Shown one piece after another: positions 30,282 through 40,343 of a stretch of 54,204 nt of DNA. The position numbers were made by a program, and so were the translations under genes. Position 1 is the first letter of the stretch. Each line of letters opens with the position of its first letter. Source of the DNA: Chitinophagaceae bacterium (GTDB taxonomy: Bacteria > Bacteroidota > Bacteroidia > Chitinophagales > Chitinophagaceae); contig JBEPVC010000001.1 in NCBI GenBank assembly GCA_041691235.1, positions 1 to 54,204 on the forward strand, read 5' to 3'. The notes beneath the pieces are model-generated. The model was not told the origin of the DNA. It ran no database searches and saw only the letters and a program-made list of their open reading frames with translations.

Positions 30282-30310
30282 CTGCCTGCAGAAATTGCAG
30301 GCAGCCTTTT
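30282..30310. terminator. Intrinsic terminator between convergent metF and porin genes
   Basis: CTGCCTGCA/TGCAGGCAG stem, 5-nt loop, T-run after it on the + strand. Confidence 0.7.
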
Positions 30311-30339
30311 ATCTGCTTTTTTGCTCAAAAAATTTTATA

Positions 30340-31035
30340 CTAACTTCTGATTAATGGAATACCAATAGATAAACTCAGTGTTCGATATTTATTTTTATCA
30401 TCTGCCCCATTATTACTTTGTGTTGAATTTATTTTTGTAAGCCCCAGCCCATAATTCACTTTTAATAATACCTTTCCCAAATCAATTCCACCACCAAAAC
30501 TTAATCCGAAATCAAATCTTTTCAGTTTATTATACGCTGCATCATCCTGCTGCGATGTAAATGGATTGTCATTGCTAAATTTTATATCGCTTGATGAGTT
30601 TGTTGTTGTTCCAAAAATTTTTGTTTCAGTTTTTGTTTTTCCACCCACACCAATTGCTGCATAAGGCCCGGCATTAAAAAATATATTCGTCTTTTTTTCC
30701 AGTGGGACTTTTAATACTAAATTTAGTGGCACTTCAATATATAACGGGTTAAATTTTGCTTTCACATAATTGTCTTCTGTTGAAGAAGTAAAAAAAGTAT
30801 TTGATTTTGCGCCTCTTGCCTGCAATAAAACCCCGCTTTCCAAATCAAGAGTTTGCGATAATCCGAAACGGCCAAGTATGCCCGCATTGAAAGTAGTAAG
30901 CAGGTTGTTATCCTGTGTTTCACCCGATTTTGTCTTTGTAATGTTGGCAAGATTTACACCGCCCTGCAGATATACCTGCGATTTTGATTGTACAAAAAAG
31001 CACGTGAGTATGGAAATTAATAATAATTTTTTCAA
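30340..31035 (-). CDS. Outer-membrane beta-barrel (porin family) protein
   Basis: Signal peptide, GGVNLANI, LYIEVPLNL, NAGPY, FDFGL motifs; TTG start (uncertain). Confidence 0.82.
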   Translation of the reverse strand: MKKLLLISILTCFFVQSKSQVYLQGGVNLANITKTKSGETQDNNLLTTFNAGILGRFGLSQTLDLESGVLLQARGAKSNTFFTSSTEDNYVKAKFNPLYIEVPLNLVLKVPLEKKTNIFFNAGPYAAIGVGGKTKTETKIFGTTTNSSSDIKFSNDNPFTSQQDDAAYNKLKRFDFGLSFGGGIDLGKVLLKVNYGLGLTKINSTQSNNGADDKNKYRTLSLSIGIPLIRS

Positions 31036-31255
31036 GGTTACATTAGTTTAGTTTTTAAATATAGTTTCAGAATAAGTATTATGGCGTCTTTCAAAAACTT
31101 TGCCAATAGTTTGAATTAAATAAAAAATTATTTGCCGGAGACTTTTATAAGAAGAAAAAAAGAAAACTTCAACCCTGAAATTTTTTTAGTATTGAATTAT
31201 GATAAAAAGGTTCAAAACATTTGTTTAATTAACAGAAATAAAAAGAATTGTTTTT

Positions 31256-33187
31256 TTACAACAATGATTGAAAAACTTTTTCATTCACTTTTACCGGATA
31301 TTTTTTCTTCAATTCTTCAATCCATTTTTCCTCAAGAAAATTCTGATACTCATTAATTACCAATCCACGGGCCTCCTCAAAGCTGCGTTGTTGATTCTCA
31401 GGATATGTTTTTATCACCACAGAAAATACCGCGGTGCTATCTCCGGCATTTATTACTGGCGCGGTGATAATGCCTGCAGTAAAATTTGTTTTATCGTTTA
31501 CGGGTAACTGGCTAAGTTCATAACGCGCTGAATCGGCTTGTATCTGCATAGAATTTTCATTCACTACATCTTTCCAGCTTTTGTCATTTTTAATTTGCTG
31601 TATAGCATTTTTTGCTACAGTTTCATTAGCGCATGAAAATAGCACTGCATCTGCGCTGGCAGCCCACATATAATTCTTTTTGTGGTCATCGTAGAATTGT
31701 CTGAGACCTATGCTATCACCAGCAGCTTTGGACCATACTTGTCTTTCCATCACTTCGAAAAGCATATTACCCTCTTTAAATTCCTGTAGCTGATAGTTGA
31801 AATCAGGATTAAAATCCTGCAATCTTTTTCTATAGTTTTCAAGAGCCGCAATTGAAACGTATTTTTTTAAAAGTTCAGGATATGATCGTGTTGCCGTTCC
31901 CGGGTTATCATCGTTGTTCCTTTTTACATATTGCAACCAATCGCCGACGGTTACGTTACTATTATTAAAAGAAAATAAAACACTCTTGTCATTAACATTG
32001 CCTGATACAATTTTTTTACCTGCTACCGCAAAGCTGTCAGTAACCCTCCAAAGATCTTTTTCGTTTATATTGCTATTTTTTTTGTAACCAATTTTAATGA
32101 GAATTTCTTTTACGAATTTTTCCTTCGCAATTTCAATTCGGCTGTCTTTAAGTACCTCCTGCCTGAGATTGTACATGTATGATTCATCATTTTTATTTGC
32201 GGGTACAGGTGACCGTGAGATACGCTTAATAATATGATAGCCAAATACCGTTTGAAAAGGTTCTGAAATATCGCCATCCTTTTTAAGCGAGAATGCTTCA
32301 TTTTCAAAAGCGCCATCATATTTTGCAACGCCAAACTCTGGTAAAACTCCTCCATTCATATAAGTCATTCTATCGTTGCTATAACGCTTTGCCATTTCTG
32401 CAAAATCAGCGGCGGCTTTCAACGATTTATAAACCGAATCTGCCAGTTGCTTTGCACGGTCCCGCAAACTCATATTATTTGCAGGAACCGCAAATAATAT
32501 TTGCGCAATTTTTATTTTTCCTAAGGCCGGCCTTTCATTTTCATTTTTAAAAATGTGCCAGCCTTTTTTAGTTCTGTAAGGTTTGCTCACCTGGCCTGGA
32601 TGCAGGCTATATACAATATTTTCATACTCATATGGCAACGAAAACACGGTAATATATCCCATATCATTCCCATTAACAGGTCCGATTTTTTCTTTTATTT
32701 CATCAACAATATCTTCATAATTGGTTTTACCTTTTTTTAATTCGTCGTAAGTCTCGTTAATTGCCTTATATAGCCTGAGTGTATCGGCAGGCAGCATCTT
32801 TTCATTAAGAGTAACATAAAAGTGCTGCACATGAATATCTTTCTGGTTGCGGTTAAAGGCTTCATCAACTAATGCATCAACCTGTTTTTCATCCTTAAGG
32901 TAAGTGTCTTCCACCTGGCTTCTAAAATTTTGCAAGTCGGCTTCAAGTGAGGGTAATGTATCCAGATGCAAATTTTTTGCTGCATGAACTTTCAGCTTAA
33001 ATTTTATATATAAATCAAGGTAATCGCGAAGAGCTTTATTTTTATCAGTTTCTGTTGTTTTGTTTTTATTATATGCCCGCAAAAATTCATTTTTACTTAC
33101 AACGTTGTTGCCGTAGGTAAAAAGAGTTTGGCAGTAAGAAGAAAAAATAATGATGAAAAATACAACAAGCAAAAAAAGTTTTTTCAT
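31256..33187 (-). CDS. PpiC/parvulin-type peptidyl-prolyl isomerase
   Basis: Signal peptide, two rotamase domains (TKKGWHIF, TVFGYHII, FAEMAKRYS). Confidence 0.85.
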   Translation of the reverse strand: MKKLFLLVVFFIIIFSSYCQTLFTYGNNVVSKNEFLRAYNKNKTTETDKNKALRDYLDLYIKFKLKVHAAKNLHLDTLPSLEADLQNFRSQVEDTYLKDEKQVDALVDEAFNRNQKDIHVQHFYVTLNEKMLPADTLRLYKAINETYDELKKGKTNYEDIVDEIKEKIGPVNGNDMGYITVFSLPYEYENIVYSLHPGQVSKPYRTKKGWHIFKNENERPALGKIKIAQILFAVPANNMSLRDRAKQLADSVYKSLKAAADFAEMAKRYSNDRMTYMNGGVLPEFGVAKYDGAFENEAFSLKKDGDISEPFQTVFGYHIIKRISRSPVPANKNDESYMYNLRQEVLKDSRIEIAKEKFVKEILIKIGYKKNSNINEKDLWRVTDSFAVAGKKIVSGNVNDKSVLFSFNNSNVTVGDWLQYVKRNNDDNPGTATRSYPELLKKYVSIAALENYRKRLQDFNPDFNYQLQEFKEGNMLFEVMERQVWSKAAGDSIGLRQFYDDHKKNYMWAASADAVLFSCANETVAKNAIQQIKNDKSWKDVVNENSMQIQADSARYELSQLPVNDKTNFTAGIITAPVINAGDSTAVFSVVIKTYPENQQRSFEEARGLVINEYQNFLEEKWIEELKKKYPVKVNEKVFQSLL

Positions 33188-33243
33188 GAGATAATTTTAA
33201 TTGACAATATCGGAGCTCTAATTAACAGGTAGCATTAAATCCG

Positions 33244-34722
33244 TCATTGCCCTGAAGTGTTGATATTATCATTGATTGGTTTGTTATTTATTTTCATGTT
33301 CAACATATCATCCATTTGTTGCCATGTAAGTTTTTTTGCAATAATGTGCTTGTCTTTATCCAGTAAATACAACGTGGGCGTTTGGGTTACATCATACAAC
33401 TGTTTGTATGATGGCTTTTTTTCTTCGTCGCTGGCTTTTTTTTGCTCATCGCTTTGGTAAACGTTTACCCAGCTCTGCAAATTGTATTTATATATAAATT
33501 CCTTCCATTTGGTTTGTTCCGCCGCTTCTGTAAGAACGCCATATATTTTAACCCCCTCTTTTTGCCATTTGGCATTATATATTGAATCAAGCCGGGGGAC
33601 TTCCTCACGGCAATGGCTACATGTAGGATCCCAAAAGCATACAATTATATAATCAGCTTTTACATCGTATAGCGATTGTGCTAAACCTGCAGTATCAGTC
33701 ATCTCAAGGTTTGCAGCCTGCTCTCCAATCAAGTTAGACATCAGCATATAAGCCCTGTTTGAAATTGTGGTCATTTGCTTTTCATTAAGCCATGAAGAAA
33801 TTCCCTGCGAATGATATTTTTCAAACAAATGAACAAACACCGCATCCTGCCCCATATATTTCGGGTTTATATATTCATCCGTAAGCCAGTTAAGTAAAAA
33901 CTTATACATTTCCGGTGCTACCCTCGACCTTAATAACAAATAGTCTGCTTCCCTTATAATAGAGTCTGGTGCCTGTGAAATAACTTCTCTGAAATACTTT
34001 TCAACCTTTGGCAGAAAAAACGGCGTACGCACTATTCGTTCATCCGTAAACGTTATGCCATCCCAATAATGCTGTTTATAATATTGGTAATTGTTTATTG
34101 AATCTTCTCTTGTTACCGGAATTTTGCTTAACACAAGTGACTGCCTCATGCTGGTAAGAAGTGCCGCAAGCATAGATTGCGGATTCTGAGCAATTATATT
34201 TTCCCTAAAATCATTCAACTCTTTGTTTAGATTATTGTAGTTTTTTTCATGAAGGAGACTGTCATTTTTATTTTTTGATGCTTTGAATGCATCAAGCTCC
34301 TTCTGCAGATTGTTGCTTCTTGAAGAAATAAATTTTTGATATTTCTGAAAAAGAACATTTTCTTTTGAGCCCGTTACAACAGTCTTATTAATCAAGTCTG
34401 TCGTGTCTGCTTTGATAGAAATTATCTGTTCCTTATCAACTAAAAAATCAAATAATTTATTTTTACCGGGGAAAACAATCGAATATACACCTGGCAACAG
34501 CTTTTTATTTTTTTGAAAAACAGCAATTCCTTTATCGGTGAGAAGAGCGGAATCTTCAACGTTTATATTTTTCCCGTAATAATAAGTAAGATAGGCCAGG
34601 CCGCTTTTGTAGTCCGGGGTTTGTAAAGTAACCTTGAAGCCTTGTGCATGGGTATTTGAAACTGCAGTAAAAAGAAAGATAATACTAAAAAATAATTTCA
34701 TTGGTTTTGGGATAGGGCACAA
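33244..34722 (-). CDS. TlpA-like redoxin with DUF5106-type N-terminal region
   Basis: Signal peptide, C-terminal thioredoxin fold FWDPTCSHC and TPTLYLLDKD; true start may be the second Met (MKLFF). Confidence 0.78.
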   Translation of the reverse strand: MCPIPKPMKLFFSIIFLFTAVSNTHAQGFKVTLQTPDYKSGLAYLTYYYGKNINVEDSALLTDKGIAVFQKNKKLLPGVYSIVFPGKNKLFDFLVDKEQIISIKADTTDLINKTVVTGSKENVLFQKYQKFISSRSNNLQKELDAFKASKNKNDSLLHEKNYNNLNKELNDFRENIIAQNPQSMLAALLTSMRQSLVLSKIPVTREDSINNYQYYKQHYWDGITFTDERIVRTPFFLPKVEKYFREVISQAPDSIIREADYLLLRSRVAPEMYKFLLNWLTDEYINPKYMGQDAVFVHLFEKYHSQGISSWLNEKQMTTISNRAYMLMSNLIGEQAANLEMTDTAGLAQSLYDVKADYIIVCFWDPTCSHCREEVPRLDSIYNAKWQKEGVKIYGVLTEAAEQTKWKEFIYKYNLQSWVNVYQSDEQKKASDEEKKPSYKQLYDVTQTPTLYLLDKDKHIIAKKLTWQQMDDMLNMKINNKPINDNINTSGQ

Positions 34723-34833
34723 AAATATTCAAATTGAGTTAAAACAAAAACGAACGCAAAATACTTAACATTTACGTTCAGTCGCAATTTACCATCATAG
34801 TATAAACTATTTTTAACTCCTGAAACGCTAAAA

Positions 34834-36237
34834 GTGAAAAGAAAAAAAATTGTGCTTGAAAACTTACTTATTACGGACTATGCAGCCGAAGGTAAAGCGA
34901 TTGGCAGAATAAATGGTAAAGTTATTTTTGTTGAAGGTGCTGTACCTGGTGATGTTGCTGATGTTTTTATAACACGAAATAAAAAGGATTGGGCAGAAGG
35001 AAAAGTAACAGAAATAAAGGAATATAGTAATGACCGAACTGAGCCTTTTTGTATACACTTCGGTGTTTGCGGCGGATGCAAATGGCAAATGCTTCCTTAC
35101 AAAAAACAATTAGAATATAAGGAAAGGGAGGTTAAAGAAGCATTTAAGCGAATCGGCAAATTAACGGACGTTTCCGTTCTTCCTATAATCGGTTCAGAAA
35201 AAATTATTCACTACAGAAATAAGCTGGAGTTTACTTTTAGCAATAAACGATTTTTAACTCCGGATCAATTTGAAGAGCTCGGTGACAATGATTGGCCCGG
35301 TGGTGCATTGGGTTACCATGTGCCAAAACTTTACGATAAGATAATTGATATTTATGAGTGCTGGCTAATGGATGCTGTAAACAATAACATTCGAAATACA
35401 TTACGTGATTTTTCTTTAGAAAACAATTATAACTTTTACGACATTAAGGAACACAAAGGCTGGCTTAGAAACATTATCGTTCGCAATTGTACCACAGGCG
35501 AACTTATGGTCAACCTTGTTTTTGGCCATGATGATGAAAAGGAAAGAGAAAAAATATGCACCCATTTGTTAGAAAAAGTTCCTTCTGTTACAACCTTGTT
35601 ATATACAATTAACCCAAAATGGAATGATAGTATTTATGATTTAAATCCTCAAACGGTTAGCGGCAAAGGGTTTGTAATTGAAAGATTAGGCGATTTTGAT
35701 TTCAAAATTTCTCCAAAATCATTTTTTCAAACAAACACAAGGCAGGCAGAAAAACTTTATAACATTGTAAAAGAATTTGCAGAGCTCACGGAAACTGAAA
35801 TTGTATATGACCTTTATTGTGGTACGGGAAGTATCGGAATTTTTTTAAGCAACCAAGCAAAAAAAATTATTGGAGTAGATGTAATTAAGGAAGCCGTTGA
35901 CGATGCAGTAGAAAATGCATTAATCAATAATGTTAGCCACGCCGCTTTTTTTACAGGTGATGTTATAGAAATATGTAATGACGATTTTTTTATGAATCAT
36001 GGCCGCCCTGATATTGCCATTGTTGATCCACCACGGGTAGGGCTACATGCAAAACTAATTGAAAAACTACTTGAGATTTTGCCACCGAAAATTATTTACG
36101 TTAGTTGCAATGTTGCCACGCAGGCCCGCGATCTTCAACTACTAAGTAAAAAATTTACAGTGGGAAAAATTCAACCGGTTGACATGTTTCCGCACACCCA
36201 TCATATTGAATGTGTCGCGTTGTTAAAGTTGAAATAA
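34834..36237 (+). CDS. rlmD: 23S rRNA (uracil-C5)-methyltransferase RlmD
   Basis: TRAM domain, CIHFGVCGGC Fe-S motif, SFFQTN, DLYCGTG, VDPPR, YVSCN, DMFPHTHHIE. Confidence 0.95.
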   Translation: MKRKKIVLENLLITDYAAEGKAIGRINGKVIFVEGAVPGDVADVFITRNKKDWAEGKVTEIKEYSNDRTEPFCIHFGVCGGCKWQMLPYKKQLEYKEREVKEAFKRIGKLTDVSVLPIIGSEKIIHYRNKLEFTFSNKRFLTPDQFEELGDNDWPGGALGYHVPKLYDKIIDIYECWLMDAVNNNIRNTLRDFSLENNYNFYDIKEHKGWLRNIIVRNCTTGELMVNLVFGHDDEKEREKICTHLLEKVPSVTTLLYTINPKWNDSIYDLNPQTVSGKGFVIERLGDFDFKISPKSFFQTNTRQAEKLYNIVKEFAELTETEIVYDLYCGTGSIGIFLSNQAKKIIGVDVIKEAVDDAVENALINNVSHAAFFTGDVIEICNDDFFMNHGRPDIAIVDPPRVGLHAKLIEKLLEILPPKIIYVSCNVATQARDLQLLSKKFTVGKIQPVDMFPHTHHIECVALLKLK

Positions 36238-36286
36238 AAAAGCTATCCTGTTTAAAGAATGGCTTTATAAATAAAATTATTTTGAA

Positions 36287-37312
36287 CTATGCTTCATTAA
36301 GTTCTGCAATCTTTGCCCTTATCTTCCCTTCAAGCTCTGCAGATAATTCAGGATTGTCAACAAGAAGTTGCTTTACTGCATCGCGCCCCTGGCCAAGCTT
36401 TGTTGTATCATAACTAAACCAACTTCCGCTTTTTTGGATAATGCCCATTTCAACTCCCATATCTATTATTTCTCCGGTCTTTGAAATACCTGTTCCAAAA
36501 ATTATATCAAATTCTGCAACCCGAAAAGGCGGTGCAACTTTATTTTTAGCAACTTTTACCTTAACACGATTTCCTATTGCTTCATCCCCATCTTTTATTT
36601 GTGCCATGCGGCGAATATCCAATCTTACAGAAGCATAAAATTTTAATGCATTTCCACCGGTGGTAGTTTCGGGGTTGCCAAATACAATCCCTATTTTATC
36701 GCGAAGCTGATTTATAAAAATGCAGCAGCAATTTGTTTTGCTTATGGTGGCGGTAAGCTTTCTCAATGCCTGGCTCATAAGCCTTGCCTGCAATCCCATT
36801 TTGCTATCACCCATTTCACCTTCCAGTTCGCCTTTGGGGACAAGCGCAGCAACAGAATCTATCACCACAACATCCAATGCTCCTGAAAGTATTAACCGGT
36901 CAGCAATTTCCAAACCTTGCTCACCATAATCAGGCTGGCTTATTAAAAGATTATCAATATCGACACCTAACCGTCTCGCATATGCGCTGTCGAATGCGTG
37001 TTCAGCATCAATTATGGCACACATGCCGCCTTTCTTTTGAGCTTCAGCAATTACATGAATCGCCAATGTAGTTTTACCAGAAGATTCCGGACCATAAATT
37101 TCAACAACTCTTCCCTTTGGCAAACCTCCAATACCTAACGCAACATCAAGCCCGATAGAACCGGTAGAAATTACTGCCTGCGGTTCCTGTGAGCGTTCGT
37201 TCATCATCATCACGCTTCCTTTTCCAAAATCTTTATCTATTTTATCAATAGTGAGTTTGAGTGCTTTTAATTTTTCAGAATTTTTATCTGTATTTTTTTC
37301 TGTGCTGGCCAT
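36287..37312 (-). CDS. recA: Recombinase RecA
   Basis: [48 protein letters not shown]. Confidence 0.99.
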   Translation of the reverse strand: MASTEKNTDKNSEKLKALKLTIDKIDKDFGKGSVMMMNERSQEPQAVISTGSIGLDVALGIGGLPKGRVVEIYGPESSGKTTLAIHVIAEAQKKGGMCAIIDAEHAFDSAYARRLGVDIDNLLISQPDYGEQGLEIADRLILSGALDVVVIDSVAALVPKGELEGEMGDSKMGLQARLMSQALRKLTATISKTNCCCIFINQLRDKIGIVFGNPETTTGGNALKFYASVRLDIRRMAQIKDGDEAIGNRVKVKVAKNKVAPPFRVAEFDIIFGTGISKTGEIIDMGVEMGIIQKSGSWFSYDTTKLGQGRDAVKQLLVDNPELSAELEGKIRAKIAELNEA

Positions 37313-37357
37313 AAAATATAAATTGAATTAATTATTGCTGTAAAGTTATTAGTTGCT

Positions 37358-37365
37358 CAAAGATA
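37358..37365 (-). promoter_or_regulatory. -7 promoter box (TATCTTTG) of recA
   Basis: TAnnTTTG match about 45 nt upstream of the recA ATG. Confidence 0.55.
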
Positions 37366-37384
37366 GGTATTATAAGTTATCAAC

Positions 37385-37420
37385 ACTAATATTTTTAGTA
37401 AAAAATGTTAAATACTTTAG
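37385..37420. promoter_or_regulatory. Putative Bacteroidota SOS boxes (CTAA-N5-TTAG), one perfect and one with a single mismatch
   Basis: CTAA-tattt-TTAG at 37386-37398; TTAA-atact-TTAG at 37408-37420; both upstream of recA. Confidence 0.7.
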
Positions 37421-37570
37421 TTTTTAATCGGCTGATTTTTTTATTAAAAAAGAAGATTACAATATTTCTTAAGTGTTATTGCATTTTTTAAATAGTTGAC
37501 CTATTGCTCTATGAAATTTTAAATGGTTCTTCCCAATTAAATTTTATTTATTTTCATGGAAATTTAACCA

Positions 37571-38383
37571 ATGAAATTCTCCTTTTCTCTGCTTTGCATT
37601 ACTATATTTCTTTTTTCCTGCGATGAAGGCAACACCACCAGCCAGGAAACTGCTTTTGTTACCGACACAACAAAAGTTCAGGATACCATAATTTTTATAA
37701 AAGACTCCACAATGGCAGCTACATTTGCCGATAGCCTCCCTTCAGGCGCTTACCAGGGCGTGTTTCCGGGCAATGGAGGCGAAGGTACACAACAAACTAT
37801 TGTTTTTAATGATGATAAAAGCTACAAACAGGAACAGATGATTTGGGGAAAAAAATCGCTGCCAAAAACAAGTGAGGGAAACTGGCGAAGGAATAATAAC
37901 AAAATTGAGTTGTCGCAGAATAGTAAGACTGCCATTATTTTAATGAAAAAAAAGGATTCGCTTTTTGCGTTGATCATAAATGGCGTTAGGGTTACTGATT
38001 CAACAAAATATATTCTTACTAAAAGAAAGCTGGCGGCAAATAATCCTTCATGGGATAAAAAACGTGCAGAAGGAATTGATTTTGCCGGCGTAGGAAACGA
38101 ACCTTTCTGGAATCTTGAAATAAATAATGAGAAGTTCATTCTCTTTAAGATTGCCGACTGGCAAAAGCCTGTGATAGTGCCTATTGAAAAGCCCTTGATA
38201 AATAAAGACAGTACATTTTATAAATTAAAATCAGATACCACTAATTGGAGCATAACAATTTTTCCTCAATTTTGCAGTGATGGCATGAGTGATTATTTGT
38301 ATGAATATAAAGTAAGTGTACATTACAAAGGCACGCTTTATAAAGGTTGTGGTATAATGCTTTCTAAAAAGAATGCTCAATAA
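37571..38383 (+). CDS. Lipoprotein with NlpE-like N-domain and COG3650-like (GNEPFW) C-domain
   Basis: Lipobox FLFS-C; YQGVFP..G..QTIVF NlpE-like segment; GNEPFW, CSDGMSD, GCG motifs. Confidence 0.7.
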   Translation: MKFSFSLLCITIFLFSCDEGNTTSQETAFVTDTTKVQDTIIFIKDSTMAATFADSLPSGAYQGVFPGNGGEGTQQTIVFNDDKSYKQEQMIWGKKSLPKTSEGNWRRNNNKIELSQNSKTAIILMKKKDSLFALIINGVRVTDSTKYILTKRKLAANNPSWDKKRAEGIDFAGVGNEPFWNLEINNEKFILFKIADWQKPVIVPIEKPLINKDSTFYKLKSDTTNWSITIFPQFCSDGMSDYLYEYKVSVHYKGTLYKGCGIMLSKKNAQ

Positions 38384-38442
38384 ATCGAGGCATTAAATCT
38401 TCATGATGGATGTATTATGATTAACATTAAAATTTTAAAACT

Positions 38443-39309
38443 ATGCAATGGTTAGGCAGAAGACAAAGCGATAATGTTGATGACCGCCGTGGAATTACCG
38501 GCGGACATGTAGCGGTTGGTGGCGGTGTATTAGGTGTCATATTTATATTAGCAAAATTCTTATTGGGCGGTGGCGACGTAAATCAGTTACAACAGGATTT
38601 GCAACAACAACAACCACAACAGCAGGAAATGACAACTGAACAAAAAGCGGCTGACGATAAAGAAGCCAGTTTCGTAAGAGTTGTTTTGGCAGATACTGAA
38701 GATGTTTGGTCAAAAATTTTTAGCGATATGGGAAGAAGCTATAGTAAACCGACTTTAGTTCTTTTTAGAGATGCAACTACTTCAGGTTGCGGAGGCGCCA
38801 GCTCGTCCAGCGGCCCGTTTTACTGTCCGGTAGATCATGATGTGTATATTGATTTATCGTTTGCGCAAGAACTTAATCAACGTTTTAATGTTTCCGGAGA
38901 ATTTGCAATGGCATATGTAGTAGCTCATGAAGTGGGCCATCATATCCAATATCTTCTGGGAATGACGCAAAAGATGCAGCAACTTCAACAACAAGTTAGC
39001 GAAACTGAGTACAATAAATATTCAGTAAAACTGGAATTACAGGCGGATTTTTATGCAGGAGTATGGGCGCATTATGATCAAAAAATGAAAAATGTAATTA
39101 ACACTAATGATATTGATGAAGCCCTGACTGCAGCCAATGCAATTGGAGATGACCGTCTACAAAAAGAAGCGCAGGGAACAGTAACGCCTGACACCTTTAC
39201 ACATGGCACATCGGCACAAAGAACGTATTGGTTTAAGAAGGGCTATGAAACCGGAGATATTAACCAGGGCGATACTTTTTCTGATAAAAGTTTATCAATG
39301 GCTAATTAA
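38443..39309 (+). CDS. Neutral zinc metallopeptidase (YpfJ family)
   Basis: RRQSDNVDDRR, GPFYCP, AHEVGHH, ELQAD, GDD, FTHGTS. Confidence 0.92.
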   Translation: MQWLGRRQSDNVDDRRGITGGHVAVGGGVLGVIFILAKFLLGGGDVNQLQQDLQQQQPQQQEMTTEQKAADDKEASFVRVVLADTEDVWSKIFSDMGRSYSKPTLVLFRDATTSGCGGASSSSGPFYCPVDHDVYIDLSFAQELNQRFNVSGEFAMAYVVAHEVGHHIQYLLGMTQKMQQLQQQVSETEYNKYSVKLELQADFYAGVWAHYDQKMKNVINTNDIDEALTAANAIGDDRLQKEAQGTVTPDTFTHGTSAQRTYWFKKGYETGDINQGDTFSDKSLSMAN

Positions 39310-39317
39310 TGGGTACA

Positions 39318-39466
39318 CTAGTGCCTTTTAAAATATTGAATTTCCTGTTCATGTTTTTCCGCCGCCGATCTTGTTTAAAAGTTCCAAGATTTTTTCTTTT
39401 ATTGGTTTTAGCGTGCTTCTTTCGTGAATAAAGCCGATACTCGCCGGATTTTAATTTTCGAAACAT
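39318..39466 (-). pseudogene. Small basic protein (~49 aa, AP2-like motif) with an apparent 1-nt deletion; not in the ORF track
   Basis: ATG 39466 reads MFRKLKSGEYRLYSRKKHAKTNKRKNLGTFK; the -1 frame continues TRSAAEKHEQEIQYFKRH-TAG(39318). Confidence 0.6.
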
Positions 39467-39529
39467 GCTTTATTTGATTTAATGTAATCGTTTCTATTTT
39501 TTTATCAATCAATATACCTTTTTTAAAAT

Positions 39530-40264
39530 TTAATTTTCATAAAGCAGCTGGCAATTTGTGCAAAAGAAAGTTTGTCTTTTTGTTTTTCCACAGTATTTTT
39601 TAATGAAGGGGATATTACAGCGCGGACATATTTTTTTTGTATACGCAAGCCAATGTTTCTTCAAAACAAATTCTTTTTTCCATTTCAAAAAATCAAAGCT
39701 GTAATCCCGGGCCTCTTTAATTAGTTCATTTGTTTCTTTTACGGAAATGTCTTTAATCTTATTTTCAGGATGAAGCCGGATGCGAAAAAGAACTTCGTTT
39801 TTTATAATATTTCCCACGCCTGTAAATATGTTTTGATTAAGCAATGCATCGCATACAAGATCTTCAGGAATATGCTTTAATTTTTTTCTTGCAACTTTCG
39901 GGTTCCAATTATCATTCATTACATCTGATGTCCAGTCGTACACATCATTAATATCTTCTTCAATAAATTTTATTGAACAGGTATAAAAATTAAGCTTGCC
40001 ATTTTTAAAAATTAAACTCAGGCGTGGAGGAGTTTCTTTCTCTTCATTAATGCGATACGAGCCAAACATCATTAGGTGAATACGAACAGAAAAATTTTTA
40101 AAGCAGATTAAAAAATGCTTACCCCAACTTTTAAAGTCCAGAATCTTTTCGCCAGATAACCGTTGTATATCCAGCTTACTATTTCCCTCTACTTGTAAAA
40201 TTTTTTTATTTTTGAATTGCTTAACCAGCTCTTTTAGAATTACTATTGAAGGTCCTTCCGGCAT
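39530..40264 (-). CDS. Fpg/Nei family DNA glycosylase (endonuclease VIII-like)
   Basis: N-terminal MPEG catalytic Pro-Glu (start 40264), WGKH, HLMMFG, H2TH GVGNIIKNE, CPRC..CTNCQ zinc finger. Confidence 0.93.
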   Translation of the reverse strand: MPEGPSIVILKELVKQFKNKKILQVEGNSKLDIQRLSGEKILDFKSWGKHFLICFKNFSVRIHLMMFGSYRINEEKETPPRLSLIFKNGKLNFYTCSIKFIEEDINDVYDWTSDVMNDNWNPKVARKKLKHIPEDLVCDALLNQNIFTGVGNIIKNEVLFRIRLHPENKIKDISVKETNELIKEARDYSFDFLKWKKEFVLKKHWLAYTKKICPRCNIPFIKKYCGKTKRQTFFCTNCQLLYEN

Positions 40265-40343
40265 ACAAATAAATTTGAAGATAATCTTCAAACGATGCGC
40301 CAGTAATTTTTTTAAGAAAGTTTGTAATGCGAATCAAAAAAAA

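Noticed and set aside
31132-31356. 74-aa + strand ORF next to the PPIase gene
   Set aside because: TTG start, overlaps the PPIase 3' end on the opposite strand, AT-rich low-information sequence.
38580-38630. CAA/CAG-rich repeat in the zinc peptidase gene
   Set aside because: In-frame poly-Gln linker after the TM segment; ordinary low-complexity coding sequence.
39373-39380. TTTAAAC (minus strand) as a programmed -1 frameshift site
   Set aside because: The heptamer is not in X-XXY-YYZ phase with the upstream frame, and the -1 frame has TAA there; a simple deletion is more parsimonious.
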